A stretch of DNA of 64,000 nucleotides, taken from the IMG/VR virus record IMGVR_UViG_3300028654_000009; one strand, given 5' to 3'. Positions 17,482 through 27,820 of this stretch are shown one piece after another. Source of the stretch: a virus. Every line of letters starts with the position of its first letter. Position 1 is the stretch's first letter. Below the pieces are notes generated by a model that ran no database searches, was not told the origin of the DNA, and saw only the letters and a program-made list of their open reading frames with translations. A program made the translations under genes and the position numbers.

Positions 17482-19605
17482 TTATTTCTTCTTGAAGTGC
17501 GCGGCCACGTCGAGAATCTCTTTTACGGCCGCCTTCGAGTCTTCCTCCCACCCGTCCATAAAGTGCTCGACAGTCTTGTTGTGTTGTGCTAAGAGCCGCC
17601 GCTTGTCCGGCGGGAGCTGCATCTCGTGCTTGCTCAGGGCGTCAAAGGCGATATCGATCGAGCGAGCCAGGTCCGAGGCTCCTGAACCAGTCGCCCCTTG
17701 CCCCGAGGCGTCTGGGCTGGCCGCCGACTGCTGTTTCTGGGTGGGCTCTGGAGTGTTCTGGCCGCCGGCTGAAGGTCCCTGTGACGGGTCTCCCCCGCCT
17801 CCTGGCTGCCCTCCTGGGGCCCCTCCACCGCCGCCCCCATCCTGTGGGGGCCCGCCACCCTGGGCCTGCTGCTGCTGGGCCATCTGGGCCTGTTGCTGCG
17901 CTTGCTGTTGCTGGACCCACTGGAACCAGAATGGGTCTCTCACGTAGGCCAGATTGGGGTCCTTGCTGGCCCCCTCACGGCCGCAGAAGTGCTCCAGAAT
18001 TTGGCCGACGGTGAAATACTGGTCGAGGTAGGTCTTGAACACCGGATTAAGCGGGATTGTGCCGCCCCATGCCTTGCCAACCGGCGGCTTCTCGACTCGC
18101 TCCGAGATGTCGTCATAGTTCATCCAGATCGACATGTCCTGCTGGGTCCGGACGGCTTCTTTCTCGGCGTTGTCGGATTCGAGACCGACGAGCCTTACCG
18201 AGGCCTTCTTGGACAACTTAGGGTCGATGAGGGGGAACAGGTGCTGGTTGATGAAGTCTTCGAAATTCTTCAGCAGCGGCCGGATACCGACATCCCGGGC
18301 CGCCGTCATTTTGTACTCGTTGTTGCTCTCCGACAGGGCCTGATTGTTGGTGCCCTTAGACAGATATGACCATCCAGGTAGTTCGTCTGGAGACATCATG
18401 AATGCAGTTAGGATTTCCCGAGCATTCAAATCGCACAGGTACTGAAACTCCATATCCTTCCCCCCGCCCGTATCGATAGGCTTCCAATCAATACTTTCAT
18501 CGACGCCACAACCAAACACTGGCATGCGCCACGAGTTATTGACGCTGTTGATGCTAGCGTTGAACTGTTGCTTGATATTGTGGATGACCTGTGGGTTAGC
18601 ATCCTCGGACGAAATCACCAGCATGCCGCGAGCGGCGCGGCCTGATTGAAAGTAGAGCTTGTTGTGTTGGGTCAGATTAATGTGCGTGGTCACCGCACTG
18701 ATGATCGTGTCGATAGGCGTGACGGGATACCCGTCTAGCTCGACGTCTGGAACTGGGTAGCAGTTGTAGACCGACATCTCCTCGGCCGTGAACGCCTGCT
18801 TAGGAGTTCCTTCTACCACCTGTACATAGCAATAGTCGCCGGCCTCGTACTTCTCTTTCTCCAGCTTTTTGCCGGTGATTCTGCAAAGAAGGTGGTACGC
18901 GTCTTGGCGAACGGACTCTAGGCTATCCTGGTTGGAAGGAGCTGCGTCATAAATCGTTCCCGCATCGACGGCGACGAAGTGGTGGAACTTTTTCTTGCCC
19001 GGAGAGTCCGGGTCATCGATCCAGACTTTTTCACAGGCGATTCGTCCGACGACCAAAGCGTTTCGGGCCTGGAGGGCCAGGAACTCGGAGAAAGTAGTAA
19101 CCATATCTAGGCCCGTCGTTTCGCCACACAGGTTGAGTTTCTTGACGGCCCGGTCGATCTGGACATTGAATTCCTTTTTCTCCTCGGGCGACATCTTGTC
19201 CAGCTCGCCTGTATTCGCCTTGATGACGAACCCCGTAGAGAAACGGTCTTCACGGGGGCGCCCGAACGAACTGAGGTGGTTCTGGCGAGCCCTTACAATG
19301 TTTGAAACCAACGAGTCCTGGATTGCAATGCGCTTGAGCATTGCGTCCGGGATGAGTCGCATCTTGGCGCGGTAAACGCCACTGTAAGTATTATTGAGAG
19401 TCGGGTCGGTTTCGAACGATAGCCTTTCTACGCTATCATTACCCTGCCCGTTAAGGACGTTGAGGATCGATTTGGTGAGACTTGGCTTGTCCTCCCCTGT
19501 GCGAACGTACACCATTGACTTGGCCAGGTTCGCAGAAAGTTGCTCCTCGTTGAGCCCCAGTCCGTAAGTCAGGTTGGAGGTGGATTTTGGGGTTCGCCTT
19601 TTCAT
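17482..19605 (-). CDS. Portal protein
   Basis: VDAGTI, GYPVTPID, YFQSG...RGML, KDMEFQ and G..PLL..EDFIN motifs. Q/G-rich C-terminal extension. Confidence 0.9.
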   Translation of the reverse strand: MKRRTPKSTSNLTYGLGLNEEQLSANLAKSMVYVRTGEDKPSLTKSILNVLNGQGNDSVERLSFETDPTLNNTYSGVYRAKMRLIPDAMLKRIAIQDSLVSNIVRARQNHLSSFGRPREDRFSTGFVIKANTGELDKMSPEEKKEFNVQIDRAVKKLNLCGETTGLDMVTTFSEFLALQARNALVVGRIACEKVWIDDPDSPGKKKFHHFVAVDAGTIYDAAPSNQDSLESVRQDAYHLLCRITGKKLEKEKYEAGDYCYVQVVEGTPKQAFTAEEMSVYNCYPVPDVELDGYPVTPIDTIISAVTTHINLTQHNKLYFQSGRAARGMLVISSEDANPQVIHNIKQQFNASINSVNNSWRMPVFGCGVDESIDWKPIDTGGGKDMEFQYLCDLNAREILTAFMMSPDELPGWSYLSKGTNNQALSESNNEYKMTAARDVGIRPLLKNFEDFINQHLFPLIDPKLSKKASVRLVGLESDNAEKEAVRTQQDMSIWMNYDDISERVEKPPVGKAWGGTIPLNPVFKTYLDQYFTVGQILEHFCGREGASKDPNLAYVRDPFWFQWVQQQQAQQQAQMAQQQQAQGGGPPQDGGGGGGAPGGQPGGGGDPSQGPSAGGQNTPEPTQKQQSAASPDASGQGATGSGASDLARSIDIAFDALSKHEMQLPPDKRRLLAQHNKTVEHFMDGWEEDSKAAVKEILDVAAHFKKK

Positions 19606-19606
19606 T

Positions 19607-20584
19607 TTAGCCCGCCGTCAGAATGACCACGTTAGCTTTTTCGGTAGACCGATTTTTGATAGAGAGCGAGTAGCAGGTCCCCCACTTTACATAAATTCCC
19701 GTCAGGTCATCGTTTGCCGGGGCGATCGGGTCAAGGCGTTCGGTTTCAGCGGTGTTCCCGTTGGACTTGATTGCCACAGACTGGTCCGTTTCGATGCAGA
19801 CAAAACGCTTGCTCCCCGAGTAGGCGATCAGCCCGGCCACGCCTGGAACAGCGGTCTCGATAGCAACCGGAACCGTAGAGATGAACTCCACGAAGGTTGA
19901 TGTCACAGCAGCGGCGATGTAGCTTCCGGTCGTGCTGGGAGAGAAGCCTGCCGATATATCAAAAGTATCGCCAACCTGTAGGCCGGCAGAAGAGTAAGCC
20001 AGGAATTGAGAATTTAGGGTCACGGGAACGGTCTCCGAAACTCCGGTGAAAATGCTGCCCGTCGCGCGCGAAAGGGTTAGCGTAGTGGCAGTCGCGGCCA
20101 GCACGTTCCATTCCCCTTCGTTCATGGGGTCAAACAGGTGGGGGTCTCCGGTATTGATACCGGGGATGAAGACGTTGTCTCCGACCACCACCGCCCCAAA
20201 CACGGCACCTGCCGAATGGGTAACGGTTACGGTCTGATTAGTGTTCAGGGTGATCGTGACATTCCCACCTGCCAAGGTAAGGTTTCGGTCGGTACGAAAG
20301 TTAGGGGCAGCTCCGGTGCCGGTAAACGCCAATCGATACCGACCATCGCCCAAAGGCGATGCAATGATAGAGAACTGGGACGAGCTATTGATAGTCAGAG
20401 CCACCAGTGTCGAGAAAATCACCTTCTCTTGAAGAGGCTGCAAAACGGTTGTAGTTGAGTGAGGAAGGTCTACATCAAGACCTTGCAAGGGTCTCTTCCA
20501 GTCAATCAAACGCCTCATCGGGTTGTTGTTTGGCTGAGAGTCTGTGTATGCCAAAGCTTGTAGAGACAGATTGAGAGTGGGCAT
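19607..20584 (-). CDS. Virion structural protein (beta-rich)
   Basis: T/S/V/G-rich, 325 aa, between terminase and portal. AATCT upstream (20597-20601). Confidence 0.55.
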   Translation of the reverse strand: MPTLNLSLQALAYTDSQPNNNPMRRLIDWKRPLQGLDVDLPHSTTTVLQPLQEKVIFSTLVALTINSSSQFSIIASPLGDGRYRLAFTGTGAAPNFRTDRNLTLAGGNVTITLNTNQTVTVTHSAGAVFGAVVVGDNVFIPGINTGDPHLFDPMNEGEWNVLAATATTLTLSRATGSIFTGVSETVPVTLNSQFLAYSSAGLQVGDTFDISAGFSPSTTGSYIAAAVTSTFVEFISTVPVAIETAVPGVAGLIAYSGSKRFVCIETDQSVAIKSNGNTAETERLDPIAPANDDLTGIYVKWGTCYSLSIKNRSTEKANVVILTAG

Positions 20585-20608
20585 GGTCTTCCCGTAAGAT
20601 TACCTTGC

Positions 20609-22666
20609 TTAGCCCAGGTCCCAGCTCAGCTTCCCGGTCTTCCCAGTCTTGCTGTTGGCCCCCTGTCCGGAGGACTTTTTCTTCTTTCCTGGCTTCTGGG
20701 ACGAACTTTCTTCCTCGCCGTAATAGCTAAACACGGAACTGCCGTCCGGATTCTCAATACGCATTGGAGGCCTCCCGACCGTGGACACTTCCTCCTCCAT
20801 GCCTCCTGTCTTGGAGGCGACGTAATTCCGCATCCAGTCCGCGTGCGGTTTAGGAGTTGTTTCAGCTTGGGCTTTCTCGTTCGAGACCGCCAGACCGCCG
20901 TCCATGCTAAACACGTTCATCACGATATACCGGACACAGTCCGCGCCGTCATCGTTATCCTCGGAAGGGATGTTGGTGGGTTTCCCGGCTGCGTCGTTTT
21001 TCCAGTGGTATTCGACGATGCTTCTGATGAAAGCTTCCATGTGTTGGTCGTCATCAATATCCAAAACGAAGAACAACTCGGGCTCGTCTGTGCCTGGGTT
21101 GAGTTTTTTCCTGACGATATTGATACCGCTTACCACAGAACCTGGCTTCTTGGACCAATTCTGTATCTTCCAGCCATTCTTGCGGAACATCTTGTTCATC
21201 TTCGGGTCAGCCGTGTCTGGGTAGATTTTTGCCTCCCAGTCTTTGTACGGCTCAGAGACCTCAAGCATCTGGTCGGGGTCAAGCCCCGGCATCATGATTG
21301 CGTTCGTGATGAACTGACGAGCGCCGTCCTTGAAACCCAGGCCGAAGGCGAAATTGTGGGTAGACCCCCAGTCGATTCCGCCATTCCACTCCACATCTCT
21401 CTGAGCCATGGCGGCCATAAACATGGCCTTGGTGTAAAGCCTCGGCTCGATCCCTTCTGGCAGCTCTCCGAAAACCTTCTCGTAGGCCTCGGCGGGGGTA
21501 AGAACATGTTTTTTGCGGTCGAACCGATGATATATCAAACCGGTCGAGGCTGGCTTAAGACAGAGGAGCTGGGCGATACCCATCTCTATGCTGTTGACTT
21601 TGATAAGCTGGTCTTGGACGTGTTTGATAGGCTTGAGGAACTTTGATGTGTTCGTTTGTCTGGTAGCCAGATTCCCCTTGCATGCAGAGAACAGCTTGCA
21701 ATTGGTCATACAGCCGGAATAGGCCATGTCCTCGGTGTATGACTCCTTCTGTTTGAAGGTGAACGAATTGTAGGTATCCTCGTCCACCGTACTACGCTCC
21801 TGTGTAGAGCGAAACACCTTCAATTTTGGCAAATCCGGGCGGTGGCGCTTGGGAGGACACGCCTCGGTCACGTCAAGGATGTTGAAGTGCTTTATCTTGA
21901 GCCCGGTCTTGTCGGCGTTGTTGATTTCGTCCTGAACGATGCCGAATGCCGTTTTCCTGGTGGAGGTCAGAATGGTTAGCGGGGGGACCTTGACACCATC
22001 CCTTCTGGTCAACGGCGTAGGAATATTCTTCGCTTCTTCGTAAGCCTTGATGTTGACGATGATGTCAATCTCATCAAGACACAGAAGGGGTGAGTGCTTC
22101 CCGTTTGTCGAGGTGATGGTTGCGACTACGATTTCTGCCTGGTTCTCTACCCTGAAGTAGCCAGAGTGCTCACGCTCAGGGAGCGAAAGGAATTCCTTTT
22201 CGGTCAACACCAGGCCCCCTGGGTTTACGGGCCGGTACAGGATTACACCCGTTTTCCTTTTGGAGTCTCCAGCAACAAACCCTCGGAGATGTTGCCTCGA
22301 CAAAAACTTCTTCAAGTATTTTTGGGCGTTGGTGCTCTGCTCCTCGATGGCCGCGAGGTGGACCACAGAGATATCAAGATGGAACAAGGCCAGGACCTCT
22401 ACCACGGACTGGGTGAGCGTTTTCCCGGCATCACGGGCAGAATAATACAACACACGCGGGGCCTCATCGCCGGTTGCGGTGTTGGGGTCATAGTGAGCGA
22501 AATGGGAATATGTCGCCCAAGCCATATCAAGCGGTGTCGTGTTGGAATCCGGGTCTACAATAGCGTCCGGAAGCTCAAGGTCCAGGTGGACGTAAATCCA
22601 GTCCTTGAGTTCCTCCCGCGTATTGCAAATCGTGAATATCGACTCGCGCATCTCGGGGTCGAGCAT
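20609..22666 (-). CDS. terL: Terminase large subunit
   Basis: Walker A SARDAGKT, Walker B LCLDEID, nuclease motif GGIDWG and C-terminal DDGADCVRY. Confidence 0.9.
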   Translation of the reverse strand: MLDPEMRESIFTICNTREELKDWIYVHLDLELPDAIVDPDSNTTPLDMAWATYSHFAHYDPNTATGDEAPRVLYYSARDAGKTLTQSVVEVLALFHLDISVVHLAAIEEQSTNAQKYLKKFLSRQHLRGFVAGDSKRKTGVILYRPVNPGGLVLTEKEFLSLPEREHSGYFRVENQAEIVVATITSTNGKHSPLLCLDEIDIIVNIKAYEEAKNIPTPLTRRDGVKVPPLTILTSTRKTAFGIVQDEINNADKTGLKIKHFNILDVTEACPPKRHRPDLPKLKVFRSTQERSTVDEDTYNSFTFKQKESYTEDMAYSGCMTNCKLFSACKGNLATRQTNTSKFLKPIKHVQDQLIKVNSIEMGIAQLLCLKPASTGLIYHRFDRKKHVLTPAEAYEKVFGELPEGIEPRLYTKAMFMAAMAQRDVEWNGGIDWGSTHNFAFGLGFKDGARQFITNAIMMPGLDPDQMLEVSEPYKDWEAKIYPDTADPKMNKMFRKNGWKIQNWSKKPGSVVSGINIVRKKLNPGTDEPELFFVLDIDDDQHMEAFIRSIVEYHWKNDAAGKPTNIPSEDNDDGADCVRYIVMNVFSMDGGLAVSNEKAQAETTPKPHADWMRNYVASKTGGMEEEVSTVGRPPMRIENPDGSSVFSYYGEEESSSQKPGKKKKSSGQGANSKTGKTGKLSWDLG

Positions 22667-22669
22667 GTC

Positions 22670-23344
22670 TTACTTCTCCGAAGCCTTCTTTTGAGCAGCC
22701 AGCTCCGCGATTCTCTTGGTGGCTGCCGAAGGCGTTCTTACGAAAGTCTCAAGCGGAGGCAGCTCATCGTCCGAGCGCTCGCTGGATGGCGGGGACTTTT
22801 TGTTGTCCTGTCCAGTCAAAGTAGAAATGAGAGCGGCCAGTTCTCTAAGCTGCGTGATGGTCGCTCGATCGGTTGCGCCTTTGAGGCCTTCCTGGGCTGG
22901 CGCCAAGAAAGTCACGTCGCCTGTCTGGAGGTATTTTGCTAGGTTGTCTCGATGCTGCTTATTGATAGCCGCCATCATGTCCGCAGCCAGCTGAACCCCC
23001 TCCGTGATCGCCATGACCGCCCTGGTCTTCGCGCGTTCCACCGCAGTCGACTGCCACTCTTCTCTGCGGGCGTTCCAATCTCCCTGAACCGCTGCATAAA
23101 CGAGCTGTCCCAGGCTGATGGTAGGGTTGAGGGCTCGGATTTCGGCGAAGGTCTTGCCGTGCAAGAAGAGGTTGAAAATTTTCTCTGCTACCGAATCCGA
23201 CAAAGGGAAGCTCGAACTCTCGCCCCTGCTCTTCTTCTCCAAAAAGTAGTCTAAAGCGTACCTCTCAGCTGGCCTTAACCAGTCAAGGTGGCTATCGGCG
23301 CTTTTTTCTAGCTGCAGGCTTTCGTTTTTTGGTTGGTTTGACAT
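22670..23344 (-). CDS. Probable terminase small subunit
   Basis: Helical protein with an HTH-like segment, directly upstream of terL. Start uncertain (23344 or 23398). Confidence 0.6.
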   Translation of the reverse strand: MSNQPKNESLQLEKSADSHLDWLRPAERYALDYFLEKKSRGESSSFPLSDSVAEKIFNLFLHGKTFAEIRALNPTISLGQLVYAAVQGDWNARREEWQSTAVERAKTRAVMAITEGVQLAADMMAAINKQHRDNLAKYLQTGDVTFLAPAQEGLKGATDRATITQLRELAALISTLTGQDNKKSPPSSERSDDELPPLETFVRTPSAATKRIAELAAQKKASEK

Positions 23345-23687
23345 TGAGTTCGGGAGCCGGTCCCGATTCGAAGATTGGGGCGCCGTTGTATTTGACACAT
23401 AGCTTCCAGCTGTCCCCTAACAGCGTGCGCACCCACTTCCACAAATTCTGAAAAGAAGTCTTCGAAGGGGGCTTGGCTGGAGGGCCCGTCCAGTCGTATT
23501 GGACGAGCTTTTCGCTCACGTCCAGGACGGCTTCGGCCTTGTCGATCTTGGGCATCACACAGAATGGCCAGGAACGAAGTTGAAGCGCCTGGGCCTCGTG
23601 AAGAGCGCCCGTCCTCTCGAATAGGTCACGCAAAAGGATGAGCTGCTCCTTGGGCGTTAGCTGAGCCTTCCCAGGAATCTTATCCAT
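23292..23687 (-). CDS. Hypothetical protein
   Basis: 131-aa ORF in the operon with a basic tail. Confidence 0.55.
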   Translation of the reverse strand: MDKIPGKAQLTPKEQLILLRDLFERTGALHEAQALQLRSWPFCVMPKIDKAEAVLDVSEKLVQYDWTGPPAKPPSKTSFQNLWKWVRTLLGDSWKLCVKYNGAPIFESGPAPELNVKPTKKRKPAARKKRR

Positions 23688-24687
23688 TGCGTTTCATCCT
23701 TTCATTTATGGCATTCTTGAGCTTGTCAATAGGAGATCCGAAGGGCGGGACGAAGGACGTTGTGAACTTCTCGAAGCTGGCCTCCACCCCTAGAGACTCA
23801 GACACCTCAGTCCGGCGGGCTTTTTCGATAAACAGCCGGGTCTTGCAACCTGGGAACCTGGCCCGCAAATGATTCTGGCGCTCGCGGACGTGGGTGGGGG
23901 TCCCGTAAATCGAAAACCGAATGTCGTCCGTGGCTCGGACTCCGTCCAAATGGTCGTCGTCCAGAATCGGGGCGTCTGGGCGATCGTCATAGGCCCAAAT
24001 CATGCGGCAGACCTTGCCGGTAGCGTATGAGGAATCCCATGTAAGGGAATCAACAGAATGCTCCACCAGGCTGATGAATTTGAACTCGTTGGCATCAGTC
24101 TTGGTCATCCATCGAGGCGAACCGACATATGTCACCTGCCCAACGTCCTGGCGCTTGTGAATGTGACCGGAAATTACTTTCTTGAACGGGAGCGACCCCG
24201 GGTCAACGCCATCTTTTGCGTAAAATGAATCGTGATACTGTGCTCCGTAGAAGGTCTGATGGCAGAGCAACGTGTGCGGGTGGCCTTCGCTCTCATACAG
24301 AGCTAGGGCGGCTCGCAAAAAGTCCACAGGGTCTGGATAGTACGGCATGGCCGCTATACCGGGGTACAGCAGCTGCGGGACGTCCACGGTCTTGATGTTT
24401 GGGTGGGCGATCATGGCGTGCGGGAACTGGCTCGTGGGAGACACGAGGTCGTGGTTCCCTACCAATGCCACCACCTGGGTTACGGCCTGCAGATTCGTAA
24501 ACCACCTCGACCAAAATTCAACGCCCCTCGTGTCTATGATGTTGTGGGAATGGTATTGGTCACCCATGAACACCACAGATTCGATCTGGCGGGCGCACAC
24601 GGTTTCGTAAATGAAGCCCAGCAGAGCCTCACAATCCTTCTGGTGCTCGGGGGTGTAGTGCGGGTCCCCGATTAGAAGACTGAGCAT
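23680..24687 (-). CDS. sbcD: Mre11/SbcD-like nuclease (gp47-like)
   Basis: GDPH, GDQYH, GNHD, CHQ, SGHIH and YVGSP motifs. Confidence 0.85.
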   Translation of the reverse strand: MLSLLIGDPHYTPEHQKDCEALLGFIYETVCARQIESVVFMGDQYHSHNIIDTRGVEFWSRWFTNLQAVTQVVALVGNHDLVSPTSQFPHAMIAHPNIKTVDVPQLLYPGIAAMPYYPDPVDFLRAALALYESEGHPHTLLCHQTFYGAQYHDSFYAKDGVDPGSLPFKKVISGHIHKRQDVGQVTYVGSPRWMTKTDANEFKFISLVEHSVDSLTWDSSYATGKVCRMIWAYDDRPDAPILDDDHLDGVRATDDIRFSIYGTPTHVRERQNHLRARFPGCKTRLFIEKARRTEVSESLGVEASFEKFTTSFVPPFGSPIDKLKNAINERMKRNG

Positions 24688-24983
24688 GGCTTTACGGCTC
24701 GGATTTCGCTCGCCGGGACGAAGATGAATTCGCCTTGGACTCCCTCTGCGGTCAAACGCTTCTTCGACTCCGGCTGGTTCCGCAATTCAGGGTTGACGTA
24801 AATGACTGCGCCGGCTTTCAGCTCAGGGTATGCGTCATTCCCGGGCTTGAAATCGAGCACGACCTCCAGCGTGGCCAAAGCCCCGGTAGAGATAGCGAAA
24901 CCTTTAGCGGGGTCAGGCTTCGTGATCACGAAAGGTCTACAAGCAACCACGTTGTTTGTCGTATAGATAGCGTTTCGGTCCAT
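24672..24983 (-). CDS. Divergent GroES-like co-chaperonin
   Basis: About 100 aa. V-x-C-x-P, a mobile-loop-like KGFAI, EVV, LKAG.VIYV and EFIFVP.SEI.AV. GroEL is present in the window. Confidence 0.6.
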   Translation of the reverse strand: MDRNAIYTTNNVVACRPFVITKPDPAKGFAISTGALATLEVVLDFKPGNDAYPELKAGAVIYVNPELRNQPESKKRLTAEGVQGEFIFVPASEIRAVKPCSVF

Positions 24984-26071
24984 TATTCCTCCTGATTGGT
25001 TTCTGGGATGACGCCCTTGAGCCGCAAAATCTTCCGCTCGAACACAGACAACGTTTCGATGGCCTTCGCCAGCGTGAAGCTAAGCTCGGCTCGCTCCATC
25101 TGGACGTCCGGGCGCACGTCTTCTCCGGCGTCCATCATCAACCCGCCCTGACGAAGACCGCTATTCCCCGTTGACATGGCACGAGAAGAATGTCCGCTTG
25201 CATAGTCGCCAGTCGAAATCACGCTGGCAGCGGCCATGAGGTCGGCTATCTCGCCTGTCGTGGTCCTATTCTTTTCGGGAGTCTCGTGGTTCACGAAGTC
25301 CGCCATATCTGAAAAATCATTTGACATCTGCCTGCTGTTGAATTTGTTGGCCCGATAGAGCTTTCGCTTGTCGCTCGGGTAGAAATGGATTACGGTCTCG
25401 GAATACGCATCGATCACGTTGCCCGTCATTCGCCCAATCGCCACGGGAGCGAACACGTCAGGGGCATCTGAGGGAACAAACTTGTCTACCGCCGCTATCA
25501 GCCCCTCTGAAGAAATCTGAATCATATCCAGGAACGACAGATGGGACTTTGGCATCTTGTTCCAGAAGATTTTGCTGCGCGAGATGGCCAAGGGTAGATT
25601 CGTCTCTACGATTTTGGTCCTTAGCAGCCCGATTTTTTCGTACAGCTCTACCAGCTGGGGGACCTCCCGAAGCTCTGGGCTGCGCATCACGAAAGTGGCG
25701 AACGGGAAATTGATTTTGAAGAACAATAGCTGGCGCCAGGCCTTGGATTTAATTGCCAGAGAGATGCTCTCGGTAAAGGTCGACTGTCGCTCACGGAAGT
25801 ACGGGCGAGCCGTCAGGACGTTCTTCTTCACGTCGACAAAGTAATCACAAAAAGGAGCGTAAGCGCTCCGCCCCTGGTCTCGTTCAATCAGGGCCAGCTT
25901 GAATTCGTTCTCCAGCCGGCACAGCTCAAGAATATTCGCCTCCCTCGCTATCGAGGCCTTCTTGCCCTTGGCTCCCCCGTGGCCCTTAATCAGCTGCTCA
26001 AGGTCAGAAGCGAACGAACGGAAATGTTCGTGTGCGATATCGTCCATATCAATATGAGTGTTACGCGACAT
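24983..26071 (-). CDS. Phage sigma70-family factor lacking region 4.2 (probable late sigma)
   Basis: Region 2 TNLPLAISRSK...FLDMIQISSEGLIAAVDKF. Region 4.1 AIETLSVFERKILRLKG, with a stop soon after. Confidence 0.8.
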   Translation of the reverse strand: MSRNTHIDMDDIAHEHFRSFASDLEQLIKGHGGAKGKKASIAREANILELCRLENEFKLALIERDQGRSAYAPFCDYFVDVKKNVLTARPYFRERQSTFTESISLAIKSKAWRQLLFFKINFPFATFVMRSPELREVPQLVELYEKIGLLRTKIVETNLPLAISRSKIFWNKMPKSHLSFLDMIQISSEGLIAAVDKFVPSDAPDVFAPVAIGRMTGNVIDAYSETVIHFYPSDKRKLYRANKFNSRQMSNDFSDMADFVNHETPEKNRTTTGEIADLMAAASVISTGDYASGHSSRAMSTGNSGLRQGGLMMDAGEDVRPDVQMERAELSFTLAKAIETLSVFERKILRLKGVIPETNQEE

Positions 26072-27569
26072 TGATTACCTTGGTCTGCTTTCTGGGGAAG
26101 ACGGAATCAAAAATCCGGCGGCGCTCCTCGGCGTGTTTCCTGAGGACACCGATGTTATCGATCCCGTAGTCCACGTAGTTGAACTTGTTTTTTCCAGGAG
26201 GCTTCCTGGTCCCCCGCCCAATACTTTGCCGAATCCGGTTCTCAGAGGTCAACCCGATCAGGTCGTAAATTACGGTAGGAGTCTTGATATCTGTTCCGAT
26301 TCCGATACAGGAAGTGCCCACCAGAATATCTAGCTCTCCAGCGTCGAATTTAGATACCAACTCCATCGGGTCGGACTTGAAGAACTCCTCGGGAATCTCT
26401 TTACGCTGGACAGCGTTCAGACCTCCGTGAGCGAAACCCACCCGCAACTCCTTGATGAATGGGTACAGTCGTGGGAATTGGGAAACCTCGTCAATCAGCA
26501 CGAGCGGCTTGTAGCCCTTTACCATCCCCTTGTGGACCAAATTGGCGACATGGGGGTAAATCAGCGGGTTGGCGTGCAGGTGCTCCCGATTCATCTTGAT
26601 AGCGTCTGTAGAGTAGAACGACGAATCGGAGTACACCATAAACTGGACGAAGTTAGGTTCGGCCAGGTAGCCTCCGTCCACGGCTTGCTCCAGGCTCATC
26701 TCGTAAACGATTCGACCGATGATCCCCTCCAGCACGAGGTCGAGGCCGTCATGTCGTTCCGGGGTCCCCGAGAACGAAAACCGATATGGAGCCTCGCTCA
26801 GCAGCTCTACGGCGATCTTCGAGACCGACTCGGCAGGGATGAGGTGGCACTCGTCAAAAGCCACCACCGGCTTCGCCCTAAGCTTCTCCTCGTGTTCGGA
26901 GCCCTTCTCGATCATCATCAAGGACTTAGAGACCGCAACCACAAAGTGTTTGGAGCTTTCCTTTTTGCCGCCGAAGAACTTGCCCACCTTGCCTACACCG
27001 AAGTGGTGGACCATGTCGGAGTAAAGCTGGTTCGCGATCGACAGGGTCGGAGTCACAATCACCGCAGGGAGCCCCAGAGCGAGCAGGATGCGATTGATCA
27101 CCAGACTCTTGCCGGACCCCGTGGGAAGCGAAACGGCCCCGTGGCGCGCAGCCAGGAGTGCTTCCATGGCGCCCTGTTGGTAGGGGCGCGGCTCGTACGG
27201 CTGGTGGGCCAGTTTTATGGCCCTGGCGCCTGGCATCGGGAAATCGGCGATAACCGGCTCGCCGTACTTTTCGGACAACCGCTGGGCCAAGCCGGCGTGG
27301 GTCCAATACCCGCTCGCATCCTGGAACACGCAGGTCTTGTTCACCTCCGAGGCCAGCTGGCGGATTTTGTCGTTCAGCGCTTCGAGCCCGTGTTTCTTGA
27401 CAAACCAATGGCTTTGGAGTTTGTCGTCGGGGAGTTTCGACACCCGACGCCACACGCCAAGCTCGTACTGAATCTTGCTGTCTTTGTACGCCAATAGCCT
27501 GCGAACGTCATCAATGTCAATCGATAACGGCAGGCGACAGACGGTAGGACTCTCTAAGACAAGCGGCAC
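26061..27569 (-). CDS. SF2 helicase (UvsW-like)
   Basis: PTGSGKS, DECH, SGT, GIGTD and QSIGRGTR motifs. Confidence 0.9.
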   Translation of the reverse strand: MPLVLESPTVCRLPLSIDIDDVRRLLAYKDSKIQYELGVWRRVSKLPDDKLQSHWFVKKHGLEALNDKIRQLASEVNKTCVFQDASGYWTHAGLAQRLSEKYGEPVIADFPMPGARAIKLAHQPYEPRPYQQGAMEALLAARHGAVSLPTGSGKSLVINRILLALGLPAVIVTPTLSIANQLYSDMVHHFGVGKVGKFFGGKKESSKHFVVAVSKSLMMIEKGSEHEEKLRAKPVVAFDECHLIPAESVSKIAVELLSEAPYRFSFSGTPERHDGLDLVLEGIIGRIVYEMSLEQAVDGGYLAEPNFVQFMVYSDSSFYSTDAIKMNREHLHANPLIYPHVANLVHKGMVKGYKPLVLIDEVSQFPRLYPFIKELRVGFAHGGLNAVQRKEIPEEFFKSDPMELVSKFDAGELDILVGTSCIGIGTDIKTPTVIYDLIGLTSENRIRQSIGRGTRKPPGKNKFNYVDYGIDNIGVLRKHAEERRRIFDSVFPRKQTKVINVA

Positions 27570-27576
27570 GATATGT

Positions 27577-27605
27577 ATCGTACCACACGATTAACCGGAT
27601 TTCAA
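27577..27605 (-). promoter_or_regulatory. Sigma70-type promoter (leaderless)
   Basis: TTGAAA-N17-TACGAT-N7-GTG(27569). Confidence 0.6.
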
Positions 27606-27820
27606 GCCTTCTTACGCTCGAAACGTCGTCCGATCTGTTCGTACTCGATATACAGGTGAGCGCCGCAGGTGACGCACACGTGCTTCTCCTGATTGCCGAC
27701 CGAGGAGCCTACCCTCTCGGTCTTTTGATGGGTGCAGCCCCACGCTTCGGTGGGAAGCTCCCTCTTGGCCTTTGCGCTGTGTCCCAGGTCTCGTACCCCT
27801 TGCTTCGTAAACTTGCTCAT
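27602..27820 (-). CDS. Small zinc-ribbon-like protein
   Basis: CTH...CVTC. GGAG SD. ATGA overlap with the upstream gene. Confidence 0.5.
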   Translation of the reverse strand: MSKFTKQGVRDLGHSAKAKRELPTEAWGCTHQKTERVGSSVGNQEKHVCVTCGAHLYIEYEQIGRRFERKKA

